A stretch of 63,190 nucleotides of DNA, the filler included, from Olpidium bornovanus S191 (Eukaryota > Fungi > Olpidiomycota): the NCBI GenBank assembly GCA_017911155.1. It is 34 parts of 34 records of this genome, joined end to end, with 100 filler letters (N's around TTAATTAATTAA, not from the genome) between each part and the next. Parts side by side here need not be neighbours in the genome. Positions count along the whole stretch, not along the records: positions 25,410 to 27,366 come from JAEFCI010000498.1; positions 27,467 to 29,869 come from JAEFCI010009329.1; positions 29,970 to 31,173 come from JAEFCI010001763.1; positions 31,274 to 35,205 come from JAEFCI010000109.1; positions 35,306 to 37,760 come from JAEFCI010007416.1; 29 more parts are not named here. One strand, written 5' to 3'. The position numbers and the translations under genes were made by a program. Positions 25,310 to 36,399 of the stretch are shown one piece after another. The first letter of the stretch is position 1; the number at the start of each line of letters is the position of its first letter. The notes beneath the pieces were generated by a model. The model saw only the letters and a program-made list of their open reading frames with translations. It had not been told where the DNA came from and made no database searches.

Positions 25310-26099
25310 NNNNNNNNNNNNNNNNNNNNNNNNNNNNNNNNNNNNNNNNNNNNTTAATTAATTAANNNNNNNNNNNNNNNNNNNNNNNNNNNNNNNNNNN
25401 NNNNNNNNNCATGTACGCGTCGTAATCCCTCTGTGATAGAACAACCGTGTCGCCTTGGCAAAAACGGACTGCGGCGTCAGGCCTTTACTCAACAGCACCT
25501 ATTTGTCTCGGTCCGGCCAAACGGAAAAAAAAAAGGCGTACCCCAATGTCTCTGCGGAGAACATCCCCAGCGGCCGGCCGCAAAAAAGGTTCAGTTCTCG
25601 CAGACAACAACGCGATCGGCCTGCCGGTTAGCCGAGGCAAGGACAAACTAGTTCAGGGCATGACGAATTTCAACGCACGTGGTCCGAGTACGTGATCGGC
25701 TGGGTGAAACAAAGGATTTGCCCCGGCAGAAAAGTCAGCGGGAAGACGGGCGCCGTAAAGTCGTTCCGACGGCTTTGCCCGCAAAAGCGTACGAACTTCC
25801 TGCGTGTCCAGTTCCCCGATATCTCTCGGCCGTGTGTTGAGAGGGATGGAGCCGTGCATCTGTTCCGACGAGAAAAAAAAAAAAACGAACAAAATAAAAC
25901 AACGGCGCTTTTGTCCGGTTGCGTTTGTGACGCACTGCAAACGTCCTTCCGAACCTTATGCACAAGGACTGCCCGCGGTGACGATCCGGGCCAGAGTATC
26001 GCTCGGTTGAGTGGCGCCAGCGTCGGATTTTTAACGAGGATGTGTACCTGAACGAAAGGACGGACGGCAGGAAAAATTAAATTGGTGAAATCAAATAAA

Positions 26100-27231
26100 C
26101 GGTGGCAGGAGGCAATAATTACGTGGCAACTGAGCTGCATGACGTTATGCTTTGGATGACGTTCTACACGAACTAATGCAGACCCTATGAACGCTGCTGG
26201 TCCTCCGGTCGCAACTCCTGTCGTCCAGCGCGTACTCCAAAATAGTGTCGAAGTTCGTCGTCACCTGCACCGTTTCATCTTCAGTACAGCATCTCGTCCA
26301 ATCTTTATCTGCGGGTGGGATAGCCTACCACATCCTGGACGAGCGTTGCCATTTTTAGGCGCAGGTGAAATATGGTGTCGTTGGACAAGAAAGATGTAGA
26401 TAGGGGAACCGCACCTGTATCCGGCGGTGGTACACAAGCTCCCTGATTAGGTCGTGGAAAATGGTCGGACGGTCTGCTACCTGCATGGGGGCCGTAGTAG
26501 TGTCAGGTCTGACATGGTCCTTCAATTGGCAAACGTCCGAAGCATATGTCGGCGACTGACGTCTTTCGCTATCCGAGCTACGAGAATATCACGCATCCTA
26601 TGGCTGGCAGTTGCAGAAGCGCACGGAAAAAGGCAGCGAAATACCGATGATGCGGCAAAAAGCAGAAAACGCGAAAAAAAAATAAAAATAAAAAAATGAA
26701 ACCAAAAACCGGAAATGGAAATCGCCGGCGCACCTCTCTTCCAAATTCTGCTTGGTGCAACACGCCTCTGTCAATCTAGACGTTTCAAGGGCGCGGTGTT
26801 AGAACAAAAACATGGGGAGACGGTAACAGGCTCGTACGCCACCCCGGCCGCGTTCGGCTCACACACTGGACGATATTTATATCCGACGCTTTCAGGAATT
26901 TTTCTGGTACGTGCTGCTCCTCCGCGAAGTGCCGTACGATGTCGTTCCAACTGGAGCCTAATTTTTTCCGGCGCGCGGGCCGGGGCGTGGGGGCGGTGCG
27001 GAGTGAATCCACGGGCGGCGCGTTCAAGTCGGAAATCGACTTTCTAACGTACCTTTCCGACCGTCCGGTTTGCCGGGTGTCTGCGTGACTCCGGCCGAGG
27101 TCCGGCGGACCGGCGGGCCCGGAACTTCCAGCGTCGCAGCCGATCGGGTCGGGCCGTTGCCCACCAGTATGGTCGGCGACGGGGGATGCAGGTGCAGCGG
27201 ACGCCGCGCGTCCCGCGTCGGTCGGAGACAC
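26100..27231 (-). CDS. Hypothetical multi-exon protein
   Basis: Open stretch KKLGSSWNDIVRHFAEEQHVPEKFLKASDINIVQ and further exon-like segments. Not recognised. Confidence 0.25.
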
Positions 27232-27466
27232 AGTTTCTGGACCTGCGATGAAAACGACGGGTCCCGCTCCACACGTCAGCGGCGGTGGTGACGGCCCACC
27301 TTCAGCCGCGGGTTGGTGAAGTGGGGGAGATGGGGGGGGGGGGGGGGGGGCGGGGGGGGCTGGGCGNNNNNNNNNNNNNNNNNNNNNNNNNNNNNNNNNN
27401 NNNNNNNNNNTTAATTAATTAANNNNNNNNNNNNNNNNNNNNNNNNNNNNNNNNNNNNNNNNNNNN

Positions 27467-28785
27467 GGGACTGTCGGCGAATTTGCGGAGGACGTTCTCG
27501 CGGGCCCTCCGCGCGATTGACATCCAAGGCGTGATAAATTCGCCGACTTGCGTGTCCTGGCGGTTAGAAATTTTGAGGGGAAAAGGGCCAACCGCGTAAC
27601 AAAAGAGAAAGAAACCATGCTTGTTTTAGCAATCATACACACCAATCCCCTTCACTCCCCCACGCTTGACTTCTTCACGGTCCGCGGGGTACCATCATTT
27701 CGGGGCTGCAAAGCGAATCCCGAAGCGGGCAAAAACCGTAACCTTTCGCGAGGATCGCGCGCGATCCTCACCAACATTAGCGCCGCAATCCCTCCACAAT
27801 TCACGTGTCCCAGGACGATGATGTCCTCCACGTGGAGGAAGTTGACGGCGTAATCGATGGCGGCGCTGACACCGTGGAATCCGCCCCCTCCTCCGGCCTC
27901 GTAAGGGGGAACGAGATTGGCGACATTCCTGACGATCTGAAAGGAAGGCAGACAACCGTTAGTCAAAAACACCAAACGTTGGTTTCCCTGGACGGTCCGC
28001 CATGACCCAAACCTGCCAAAAAAATCAATATTCTCACAAAGAGATCCCCGGGTTCGGAGCCTGTCAGAATTGCGGGGTCGACACGGGAATCGCAGCATCC
28101 TATGAGGAGAGTCTGGACAGAAACAACGGGCAAACAAAAAGAATGGTCAAAGGCGCAGAGGCAAGTTTTCCGGAGCGCGAGCGACCGTACAAAACGTAGG
28201 CTGTGGGGGAGAGGAAGAGAAGAGGCTGCCGGGTTCTCACAGACTAACCTTCGGAGCCTGCCCGTGGGCAAGCTTCGAGAAAAGCTCGGTGTTCTCTCGG
28301 AAGTAGGTCTTTTGGAATTTCTTGAAGCCAGTGAGGAACTTGTTCAACTTCGGCAGTTCCGTATGGGCTGTGTTTTTAACGTGAGGTCAAAACCGCACAA
28401 CAGGAGCGGCCCCATCCTCCCTGTTTTAGCCACCCTGTCCAGCCCTCCTTCCTCTCCAATGCCTAACGACCGAACCGGAGAGTAGAGGGGGCCGGGGGGG
28501 GGTTGGGGGTTGGGGGTTGGGGGTTGGGGGTTGGGGGTTGGGGGTTGGGGGAGGTTGACGCTCAAAGATCACGCGGGGTTCCGTGCTTCAACGGCGTGTG
28601 AAAGCGAAGAGAGAGATGAAAAGAGAGAGAAAGAGAGAGAGACGAGAGTTACCATGGTCATGCAGGATCGACGACGGGCTCAGGGTGTTGAAATTGGCTT
28701 GGCAGTTTGGCCGCGTGTCCAATTGGCGGAGGGTGCCGTCGTCTTGCGACTGCGCCTTTTCAGCTCCTTCGCCCGGCGCGCTCAT
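27467..28785 (-). CDS. Beta-class carbonic anhydrase (clade B-like), multi-exon, 3' partial, first exon uncertain
   Basis: LNKFLTGFKKFQKTYFRENTELFSKLAHGQAPK / [25 protein letters not shown] / [53 protein letters not shown] / WMSIARRARENVL. Zinc ligands CxDxR and HxxC are intact. Confidence 0.95.
28503..28551 (+). repeat. (TTGGGGG)x7 perfect tandem array with G-quadruplex potential
   Basis: Seen directly in the sequence. Confidence 0.9.
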
Positions 28786-29969
28786 TTCCCCAATGCGTCG
28801 TCGCTTTCCGACCCTTTGCTTTGAGGAGGTTAGATTTTCGGGTGCCCGGTGATTCGGCCCCGCGACCTTTTTTTTTTTTTTTTTTGCCGTCTCGCTTTCA
28901 AAGCGCATTTGCCACGGGAGCGGAGGGCAGAGGGAGTGGCTAATTGAATCCCGGCCAGACCAGAAAACAACCGGTCGCCTGTCGCAAAAAACTGTCGTGG
29001 TCCGAGAGCTGCCGTAAGCTGGCCATTAAAAGCGTAGAAATCGCCCTGAGCAGCGTGGAATATTTCGGCGTCTATATAGACGCTTCAATTTATAATCGCC
29101 GTAAGGATGATGGAGCCGCGTGTATTGCGGACTATGGGAGGTTCGAATTTGCAAGTGTGAGATACACCCCTGCGAGTTGACGAAGGCTCACCGCCGTTTA
29201 CTCCATAAAGAAATACTGCACTGTCAAATTCCAAACCATTCTCCGAGCAGTGCATTAATGACGACGGTCGTGGTGATTTGGGAATTACTTACTGCTGGCT
29301 TAAGGTGCCTTCGCACTCTAGAAGAAAAATGCGAAGGCGCACGCGTTATGTTCCACACGGCGCTTGAGGTGCACCCGATGAACTGCCTCTGCCCCAGCAT
29401 ATTAGTAAGTGCGCGTGAAGAGACTCTGTTTTCCCTCATCTCCTCACGTTCCTGAAGACACTGTTCTCGCCCCAGGAGTTAATCTTGGGATTTTGTGGGC
29501 GAAGAGCAGGAAAGAGACAGACTCGTGAGAAATGCAAAGCGGCTATGGCTTGCGCAAAACTGCTCCCTCGACGGAAAAGTGGGGCCAAGGAGGCACCAAT
29601 ATCGCTGCATTTAAAAACAGCGAAATTCCGTATCTCCTTGAACGCCGAACAACTTGCACAGAAAGCCCTGGCCCACGAGATCAAAAGTTTGTCGACAGGT
29701 GGCCAGTGACGACAAGCGGAAGATTTTGCCATACCTTCGGTTCAGTCGCATGGAGCGGCAGAGAGGCAATGTTGAGGAGGTCCACGCAGCACGTGAAGCA
29801 GGCCTTCGATGACTCTAAAGCGTGGGCCGTGTTCAATAATGCGCGTTCCCCATCATTCTCAAAGCCCACNNNNNNNNNNNNNNNNNNNNNNNNNNNNNNN
29901 NNNNNNNNNNNNNTTAATTAATTAANNNNNNNNNNNNNNNNNNNNNNNNNNNNNNNNNNNNNNNNNNNN

Positions 29970-31172
29970 ACGCATTACTCCCCGCTAACAAACCCAAAAC
30001 TTGCAGGAAAATACCCCAGAAGGCGACCAGCACGTTGAACTGGACAACGTTCAGCAGGCCGACGAGCAGGACAGCCAGCGGCACACCGACTTAGCTTTCC
30101 TCGACTTCGATGTGCAGCAGGAGCCCGACGGCAACCTTTTCAACTTCGAGCCCGTCCTTCTTTTCTATTTCGATGGCAGGGGGGGGGTTCTTTTTTCGCG
30201 ACAGGAAACAAGGGAAAAAAAGGCGGAGAAAACGGGGGGGAGGGGGTAAAATCAAAACAGACCCCCTTCCCCCCCGAAACAAAAGAAAGGGGTAAAAGAA
30301 AAAATTGACGGACTACGCAAGTTGAGAAAGAATCGGCGGAATTGTGTACATCGATCTCGCCGGGAGGGAAAGCAAAGGCCATGGATTTGCAACAAACAAA
30401 AGGAAAGGGGCACCGACGCGGTGCCTGTCGTCAACTCGCCCGCTTGAGCGATCATTTGGCGTCGACACCATTGCCGGGCATCGGCGTGGATGCTTGGCGA
30501 CGAAGAACATAGAGACTGTTGGAATTTCTCTTTTTCTTTTCTTCCTTCTCGTTTGGTCACACCAAGACGGGCAACTCGAATTCTTGCTCAAATGGCACGG
30601 ATACCCGACTTCCGCCAACTCGTGGGAACCTCTTGGGAATCTGTCATGTACCTGGCTCTTGCGCCGATACTTTGAACGTTTGAACCTACCTATACTCTCT
30701 CAACTCGTTGACGGGCCATCGGCGTACTTTACAAATGTTTTAACGATTGTTGATCCCACCACCGTCAAGGAAGCCAGAGACTTGGTACACGCCGCTGAAT
30801 GGCGCACTGCCATGGAATCCGAATTGGCCAGCCTTTGCGAATCATGGAACATTTACCATGGTTCCTCGACCTCCGCCCGGAACGAACGTCTGTACCGGAA
30901 AATGGGTATTCAAGACCAAGCTTCGTCGGGATGGATCCATCGAGCGATATAAAGCGAGATTCGTCGCTTGTGGTTTCACACAATCCGAAGGAACCGACTT
31001 TGACGAGACCTTCGCACCCGTGATTACACATACGGCGTTACGTCTCTTGATGAGCATAGCCAGTGCTCGATCATGGCCCCTTTGAGGACACGACGTTACT
31101 ACAGCATATCTACAAGCTCCACTCCACCACGCCGTCTATATCGAACAGCCTCAGGCAATTGATGGATCATTC
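29970..31172 (+). mobile_element. Degenerate Ty1/Copia LTR-retrotransposon pol fragment: acidic spacer, chromodomain, then reverse transcriptase (RVT_2) N-terminal part
   Basis: Chromodomain FGVDTIAGHR...GQLEFLLKWHGYPTSANSWEPLGNL. It is followed in the same frame by DPTTVKEARD...EWRTAMESELASL and, after a frameshift near 30840, by HGTFTMVPRPPPGTNVCTGKWVFKTKLRRDGSIERYKARFVACGFTQSEGTDFDETFAPV...RLLMSIAS. After a stop at 31083-31085 it reads DVTTAYLQAPL..AVYIEQP. Confidence 0.93.
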
Positions 31173-31281
31173 ANNNNNNNNNNNNNNNNNNNNNNNNNNN
31201 NNNNNNNNNNNNNNNNNTTAATTAATTAANNNNNNNNNNNNNNNNNNNNNNNNNNNNNNNNNNNNNNNNNNNNGGGGGGCG

Positions 31282-31376
<95 letters not shown>

Positions 31377-32020
31377 GCAGCTCGGAAATTTTGAATAGGA
31401 AGGCCAGAATAAAATTCCCCGAGGGGGGAAGTTCAACGGAAAGAGGCACCCCAGGAAAAGTTTACCGGAAAAGGAAATCCCTTGAAAATAGACCAATCAA
31501 AACCAGAATAAAACGTCAACGGGGCTTCCTACCTTTTTTAAGCTTAACCTAAACCTAATACTCGATGAGTATTTGGCGCCACCTGGCTTTTTTTCACGGT
31601 TTATACCAGGGTAACCCTGGCACACAAGAAACCTTCGCCGGACACATCAACCACAACAACGGTCTGACAACAAGACGTCATGCTCGCGTACTTCGAACAA
31701 CGAGCTCCATTGCGGAAGAGTCGGCGTGTTGTGTTCGCAGTTCTTGCCAGTAGGCACGCGTCCTTTTAGTGTCAGGCCGGTAATTTATGTCGCAGAACTC
31801 CGGCCAACCGCACCTGCACGCGGGAAGGCGAACGGGCCACGCGCCTTGAGCGGGCAGCAGTGTCAAACAGGCAGGACGCGTGAGAGGACACCCGACATTC
31901 GTTTACCTCCCGGTAGTTGCCGCCAAAGTTTGACGCCGGAACCCAAAACTTGGATGGATGACCGTGCGGATATGCGCGATGGTGCCACCGCCGCCGATTT
32001 CACCCTGGATTTGGTTCCGG

Positions 32021-32215
32021 ATAGTGTTGGGTCCGAGTCGAGTCGAGCAAGTTGGAGGCCCAACTCGAACAAGTCGGTGAGTTGAAAAAACCAACTCGAG
32101 TTGACTCGATGCTCGACTCGAGTTGAAAAACCCCAACTCGAGTTGGCGCTCGAGTTGGAAAATTGGTGCCCGAGCACATCGAGTCGAGCCGAGTTCGAGT
32201 TTGCGTTCGAGCCTT
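32021..32215. repeat. Array of palindromic (C)AACTCGAGTT(G) / GAGTCGAG motifs, probably a DNA-transposon subterminal region
   Basis: At least eight CTCGAG/GTCGAG-centred units follow TAGTGTTGGG, a hAT-like terminus. I did not find a partner TIR. Confidence 0.6.
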
Positions 32216-32447
32216 ATACCACTTATACAATGTCACTATGAGTATATGTATTTATATGAGAATGAGTATTCAGTGTTCGGATCAGCCAAGCTACGCCAGC
32301 GAGTAACAAACTCAGTATTTTTAGCAAACACCGCTTTGTTTGAGTATTTGGAATTCAGCAATGACGGCAGGTAACAAACTAAGTATTGTTAGGAAACACC
32401 GTTTTGTATGCAGTATAACGTGTTAGACATTTCGGAAAGTGAGGTAG

Positions 32448-33320
32448 TCACGCATTGTCGGAACGCGAGGCAATCAAGAATTGTTGGAGGGGCAACGTCA
32501 GTTTAAAGCTAGCATGTAGAACCATCACGCTTCCTTCTGGTCCTGGCACTGCTTTAAGGAGGCCTCGGTTTTCCAAATACTCGTGCAATTTTGCGATGTC
32601 CCCCACTTGGAGAGCCCGGACGTCGGACGGTTTTAGGATTGTCAGAAGCAAAGGTGACACCGCAATGATGTTGGCGATGCGTCGACTATGCTTGTATTAG
32701 GCTCCAATTGTGTCAGCGCATTCGGTGATTCAAGGCCGAAGCAATTTTCCATGCATAGGAAGTCGCGGAGTTTCATGGTAGGTGCCTTCTGCGTCCAACA
32801 GTTGTAAAGAGCCATGCCAAAACACAGTAGGGTAACCATGCATTTAAATTCCGAATGCATTTTCGTTCTTTGCGTAATGAGGAATGTCGCACGGATAGTG
32901 TTCTCGAGCAAGTGGTCGACATGTCCAAGCGCGGTGGTCGTAACTTGTTCTAAAAATAATTTGCAATTAAACAAACGGAACAACGAATTGCATGCATGCA
33001 AACAGCGCATTTTTTGCAAACAACGTATTTTTTGCAAACAGCGTACCGTCTTTCGGAGCGTATTTGATTGGCTCATGCCATGCAACCGACGCTATAGGGG
33101 AATCATACTGCATTTCCGGGTGTTGTTTAATTTTCTTGACAACATTCCCTAAGCCCAATGTCATTGTTATTTGCGCGGGGTCTGCGGTGTAGACGATACG
33201 TATTAACTCGTTGATTTCCGTGGTTAGCGTCTTTTGGGAGACTTTTTGCGATGCCTCGTCGATAATTGGGCTTAATTGCTGCTTGATCTCAGCAACCGTC
33301 TCGCTAACCTTCGGTGGCAT
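32448..33320 (-). CDS. Orphan AT-rich hypothetical gene or pseudogene (several overlapping ORF pieces)
   Basis: ORFs 32967-33320, 32642-33085 and 32448-32660 chain along the minus strand. Composition is visibly AT-richer than the host genes. Confidence 0.4.
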
Positions 33321-33559
33321 CTAAAATGCAAGTAAACTATTTGAGAACAGGGTTTGGAATGCAAACATTGTTTGTGATTACCATGCGCTGTATGTACCTT
33401 GTCGTTGATGCGTCTCACGGTTGTCCGGCAATGTGCTGAATGTTGTATTTTAGTAGTATCCTGTCGGAATCTTGGGGCAGTGGAAACGAGCAGGGAGATG
33501 GGCGGGTCCCTTTTATACACAAGAGAAAAGAAAGCAAAACAAACAAAAAAATGTTCTTA

Positions 33560-33840
33560 AGCGACACATCATCTCCTTTTTTTAAGGTGATGGGACGATT
33601 TTTTTTACCCGACACGTCACCTTTTTTTGACACGTCACCTTTGTTTTCTTTTTTTACTTGACACGTCATGTTTTTTTTTTTTTTTTTACTTGACACGTCA
33701 CTTTTTTTTTTTTACTCGACGCGTTGAAAAAAAAGCTCTCATGCAACACATCATCTTTTTCTTTGGTGGTTAGGTGCGTCACACGTCACCTCTTTTTTTT
33801 TCTTATTTTTTCGTATTTTTTTTTATACGTGTCATCAGTA
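33560..33840. repeat. Clustered GACACGTCA(C) / ACACATCA motifs separated by T-tracts
   Basis: About 7-8 copies visible, including TGACACGTCA near-palindromes. Confidence 0.75.
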
Positions 33841-33902
33841 AAGCAAACGTTGACGTGTTTTTAGCAAACACCATTTGATGGGCAAACAGCATTTTATTAC
33901 AG

Positions 33903-34345
33903 TTATCTATATTGCGATGAGAAATCCTCTGGGGCAAGTTCTTCGCTGTCTTCGAGGGCTATTTGTAAGTTGTCACTTTTCTCATCATACGGGCTGGTCA
34001 ACTCCTTCAGCCATTCTTTTGTCTCGTTAGCTATAATGTTTGGCTTCCACCAGTCATGCAGACACATGCTGGCACAAATTGAGGTAGAGTTCAGACGTGA
34101 CCTCTTCTTGGTTATAAGATCTGTGGCAACCGAAAACCGCCGCTCCGAGGGAACAGACGTGCCTATACGAACAAACAAGCAAGCACCGTTAATCAAAGTG
34201 AACGGTGCTTGAGCACGCAAACAACTCCGGAACACATCTGGAATCACCAAATAATTACGCGCCATCCGCGCTAAGCCCGGGAAGCAGGTTTCTTTGAGTT
34301 TCCACCACTCCAGTGGGCTTTGCTCTGGTGTAATTCGCGAAAGCC
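33903..34345 (-). mobile_element. hAT transposase C-terminal dimerisation domain remnant
   Basis: RYLRLSRITPEQSPLEWWKLKETCFPGLARMARNYLVIP...GTSVPSERRFSVATDLITKKRSRLNSTSICASMCLHDWW is the classic hAT dimerisation signature. Confidence 0.92.
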
Positions 34346-34399
34346 GCAGGTACCGGTGTCGGCGCCCAAAATGGCCGCGGCGGACATCGACCCCGCCTT

Positions 34400-34560
34400 C
34401 GATTACCTTAGCTCCAAACCCCGTTTTCTTCGATTCCCTTCCCGTTTCGTCTCCTTCGCATCGTTTTGTCTCCTTCCCATCGTTTCGTCTCCTTCGCACC
34501 GTTTCGTCTCTTTTGCATCATTTCGTTCTTTTGCACCTTTGCTCTCTTGCATTATTTTGC
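34400..34560. repeat. Degenerate tandem CGTTTCGTCTCCTTCGCA repeats
   Basis: Four to five related units visible. Confidence 0.65.
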
Positions 34561-36399
34561 TCGCTTGCGCCCGCCCTTTTACTTTGCTTACCGGGGTCAC
34601 GTGCAGCGACGCCGTCCACTTGCTCAAAGTGTTTTGATTTTGCCACCCCTTTTTTTCTGCCGAACAAAAGAAAAAGGGAAAACCTCGACGTCGAACGCAA
34701 CGAAAACCACCCAACAAAACAAACCCTACCATAGCCGCTTCGAAATAAACGAAGACGTCGGGCTTGTTCGAGTGCCGTATTTCCCCCCCTTCAGTCCCGT
34801 TCGAGCGGAAGCGTCGGCCGCCGCTACGGGTCGAGCAGCGTCGGCTGCTCGCTGTTTTTTTCTCCCTCTCTCGTCCTCTCGCGCGCAGGGCCGGCTGCGA
34901 AGGAGTTCGAGACCGCCCCGTAAAGCTATCGACGTTGGTCGGAGTGCGACACGCAGGCCCGCCTATCGCTCAGGTCGCCCACAGCCCCCTGCGGGCCCGA
35001 AGCCGACCCTGCCTTCTCTGCCGCTCGAACTCGATCCGCTGCGGCGTCGGCTTTACCGCCGACAATCTGGCGCTCCCGGGCAGGACAGTCGGCGAGACGA
35101 CCGAGTGATTCGACGGGTGAGCGAGTTGACAGGTGCGCGCGGGCGGGCAGAAGGAACAACCATGGCAGACGCCGGCGTGCAGCAGCTCGTCGCGCAGATG
35201 CGGACNNNNNNNNNNNNNNNNNNNNNNNNNNNNNNNNNNNNNNNNNNNNTTAATTAATTAANNNNNNNNNNNNNNNNNNNNNNNNNNNNNNNNNNNNNNN
35301 NNNNNCCATGCCGCAATTCTCGTCGAAAAATCGCGCCATTTGTAATCCGAAAACGCCCGCAGGAAGCAAACAAGGTGCGCCAAGCAGTTCTCCAAATCAG
35401 CGCCCTTTTGAGCAGGCGCGCAACGCATTCAAGCCGTGTTCCTTCGCAAGCGCAGGAAAGGCAGACGTCGTCGTGTTTTCCCGTAGGTCCGTGCCCCAGC
35501 TCCGACCCGAAAAACGTGATGGGAGTCGAAGTTGAGAGCAGCGCACGGCGAGAGCGATTTCCCTGTCCGCAGCAGGATTCTGCTGCCAAGATGCGCCGGG
35601 CGTTTTCGGTATTCGTCTAAAGCGAACGGTAGAAAAGGGCAAGCAGAACTCATGGTGGCCCGAGAAGGGCTGTCGAAGACACGAGCCAGTCCACGAACGG
35701 AATGGCGTTTTGGACGTCCGTACAGGGTTGTGGCGATCGTCAGACTCTTGCGAAAACGCTTCGTGCACGTCGGTTTGCCACTCGGACACAAGCCAGGTCC
35801 ACAAGGCCCAAGCGGTGGGCAATCAAACCTAGAGCACGGCTAGGCGTGGTGAACTCAAGCCGGGAGCATCGTAGCCTGAGTCTTCCGTGCTGTTTCGGTA
35901 TCGCGTTCGAGACACTGCGTGACGAGCGCATTTTTGCAGAACAGACACAGGTCGGAAGCGTCAGGAGCATCGCCGCTACAACGCGGGATAACGGTAGCAT
36001 GGGCTACGGTTCGGATAAAAGGTACCGGACTTGAGCGACGTGTTTTTGTTTGTGGTCACGGGTCGACCAAGCGATAGCTTGCCTCACGGACGGCATGTGT
36101 GTACCGACGGGCATCGTCCACTTGGAGTGCGAAAGAAGATTGCGCGAAAAGAAAAAAAAAAAAAAAAAAAAAAGGAACTCAGGCTACGCTGCTCAGGCAC
36201 GAGTTCGCCATGCCGAGCCGTGCTCAACGTCTTCCGGGAAGGGACCCCTCCCCCCCCGGCCCGCTGAGCCCCACCCAACTCCGCCCCCCGAAGAGTGTTT
36301 TTTTAAAAATGTCCGAAACCGAACGCCCCGTTGCGTACATAGCCAGCCGACGAAAAACAAAAACGCATTGTTCAATGCATTTGGGGTCATGCAGGCTTT

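Noticed and set aside
28944-29869. Several short ORFs upstream of the carbonic anhydrase
   Set aside because: I found no recognisable domain or consistent exon chain, so I cannot support a call.
31560-31760. LTR with primer-binding site (TGGCGCC)
   Set aside because: The match to a tRNA 3' end stops after 7 nt, and no LTR pair or TG...CA boundaries are visible.
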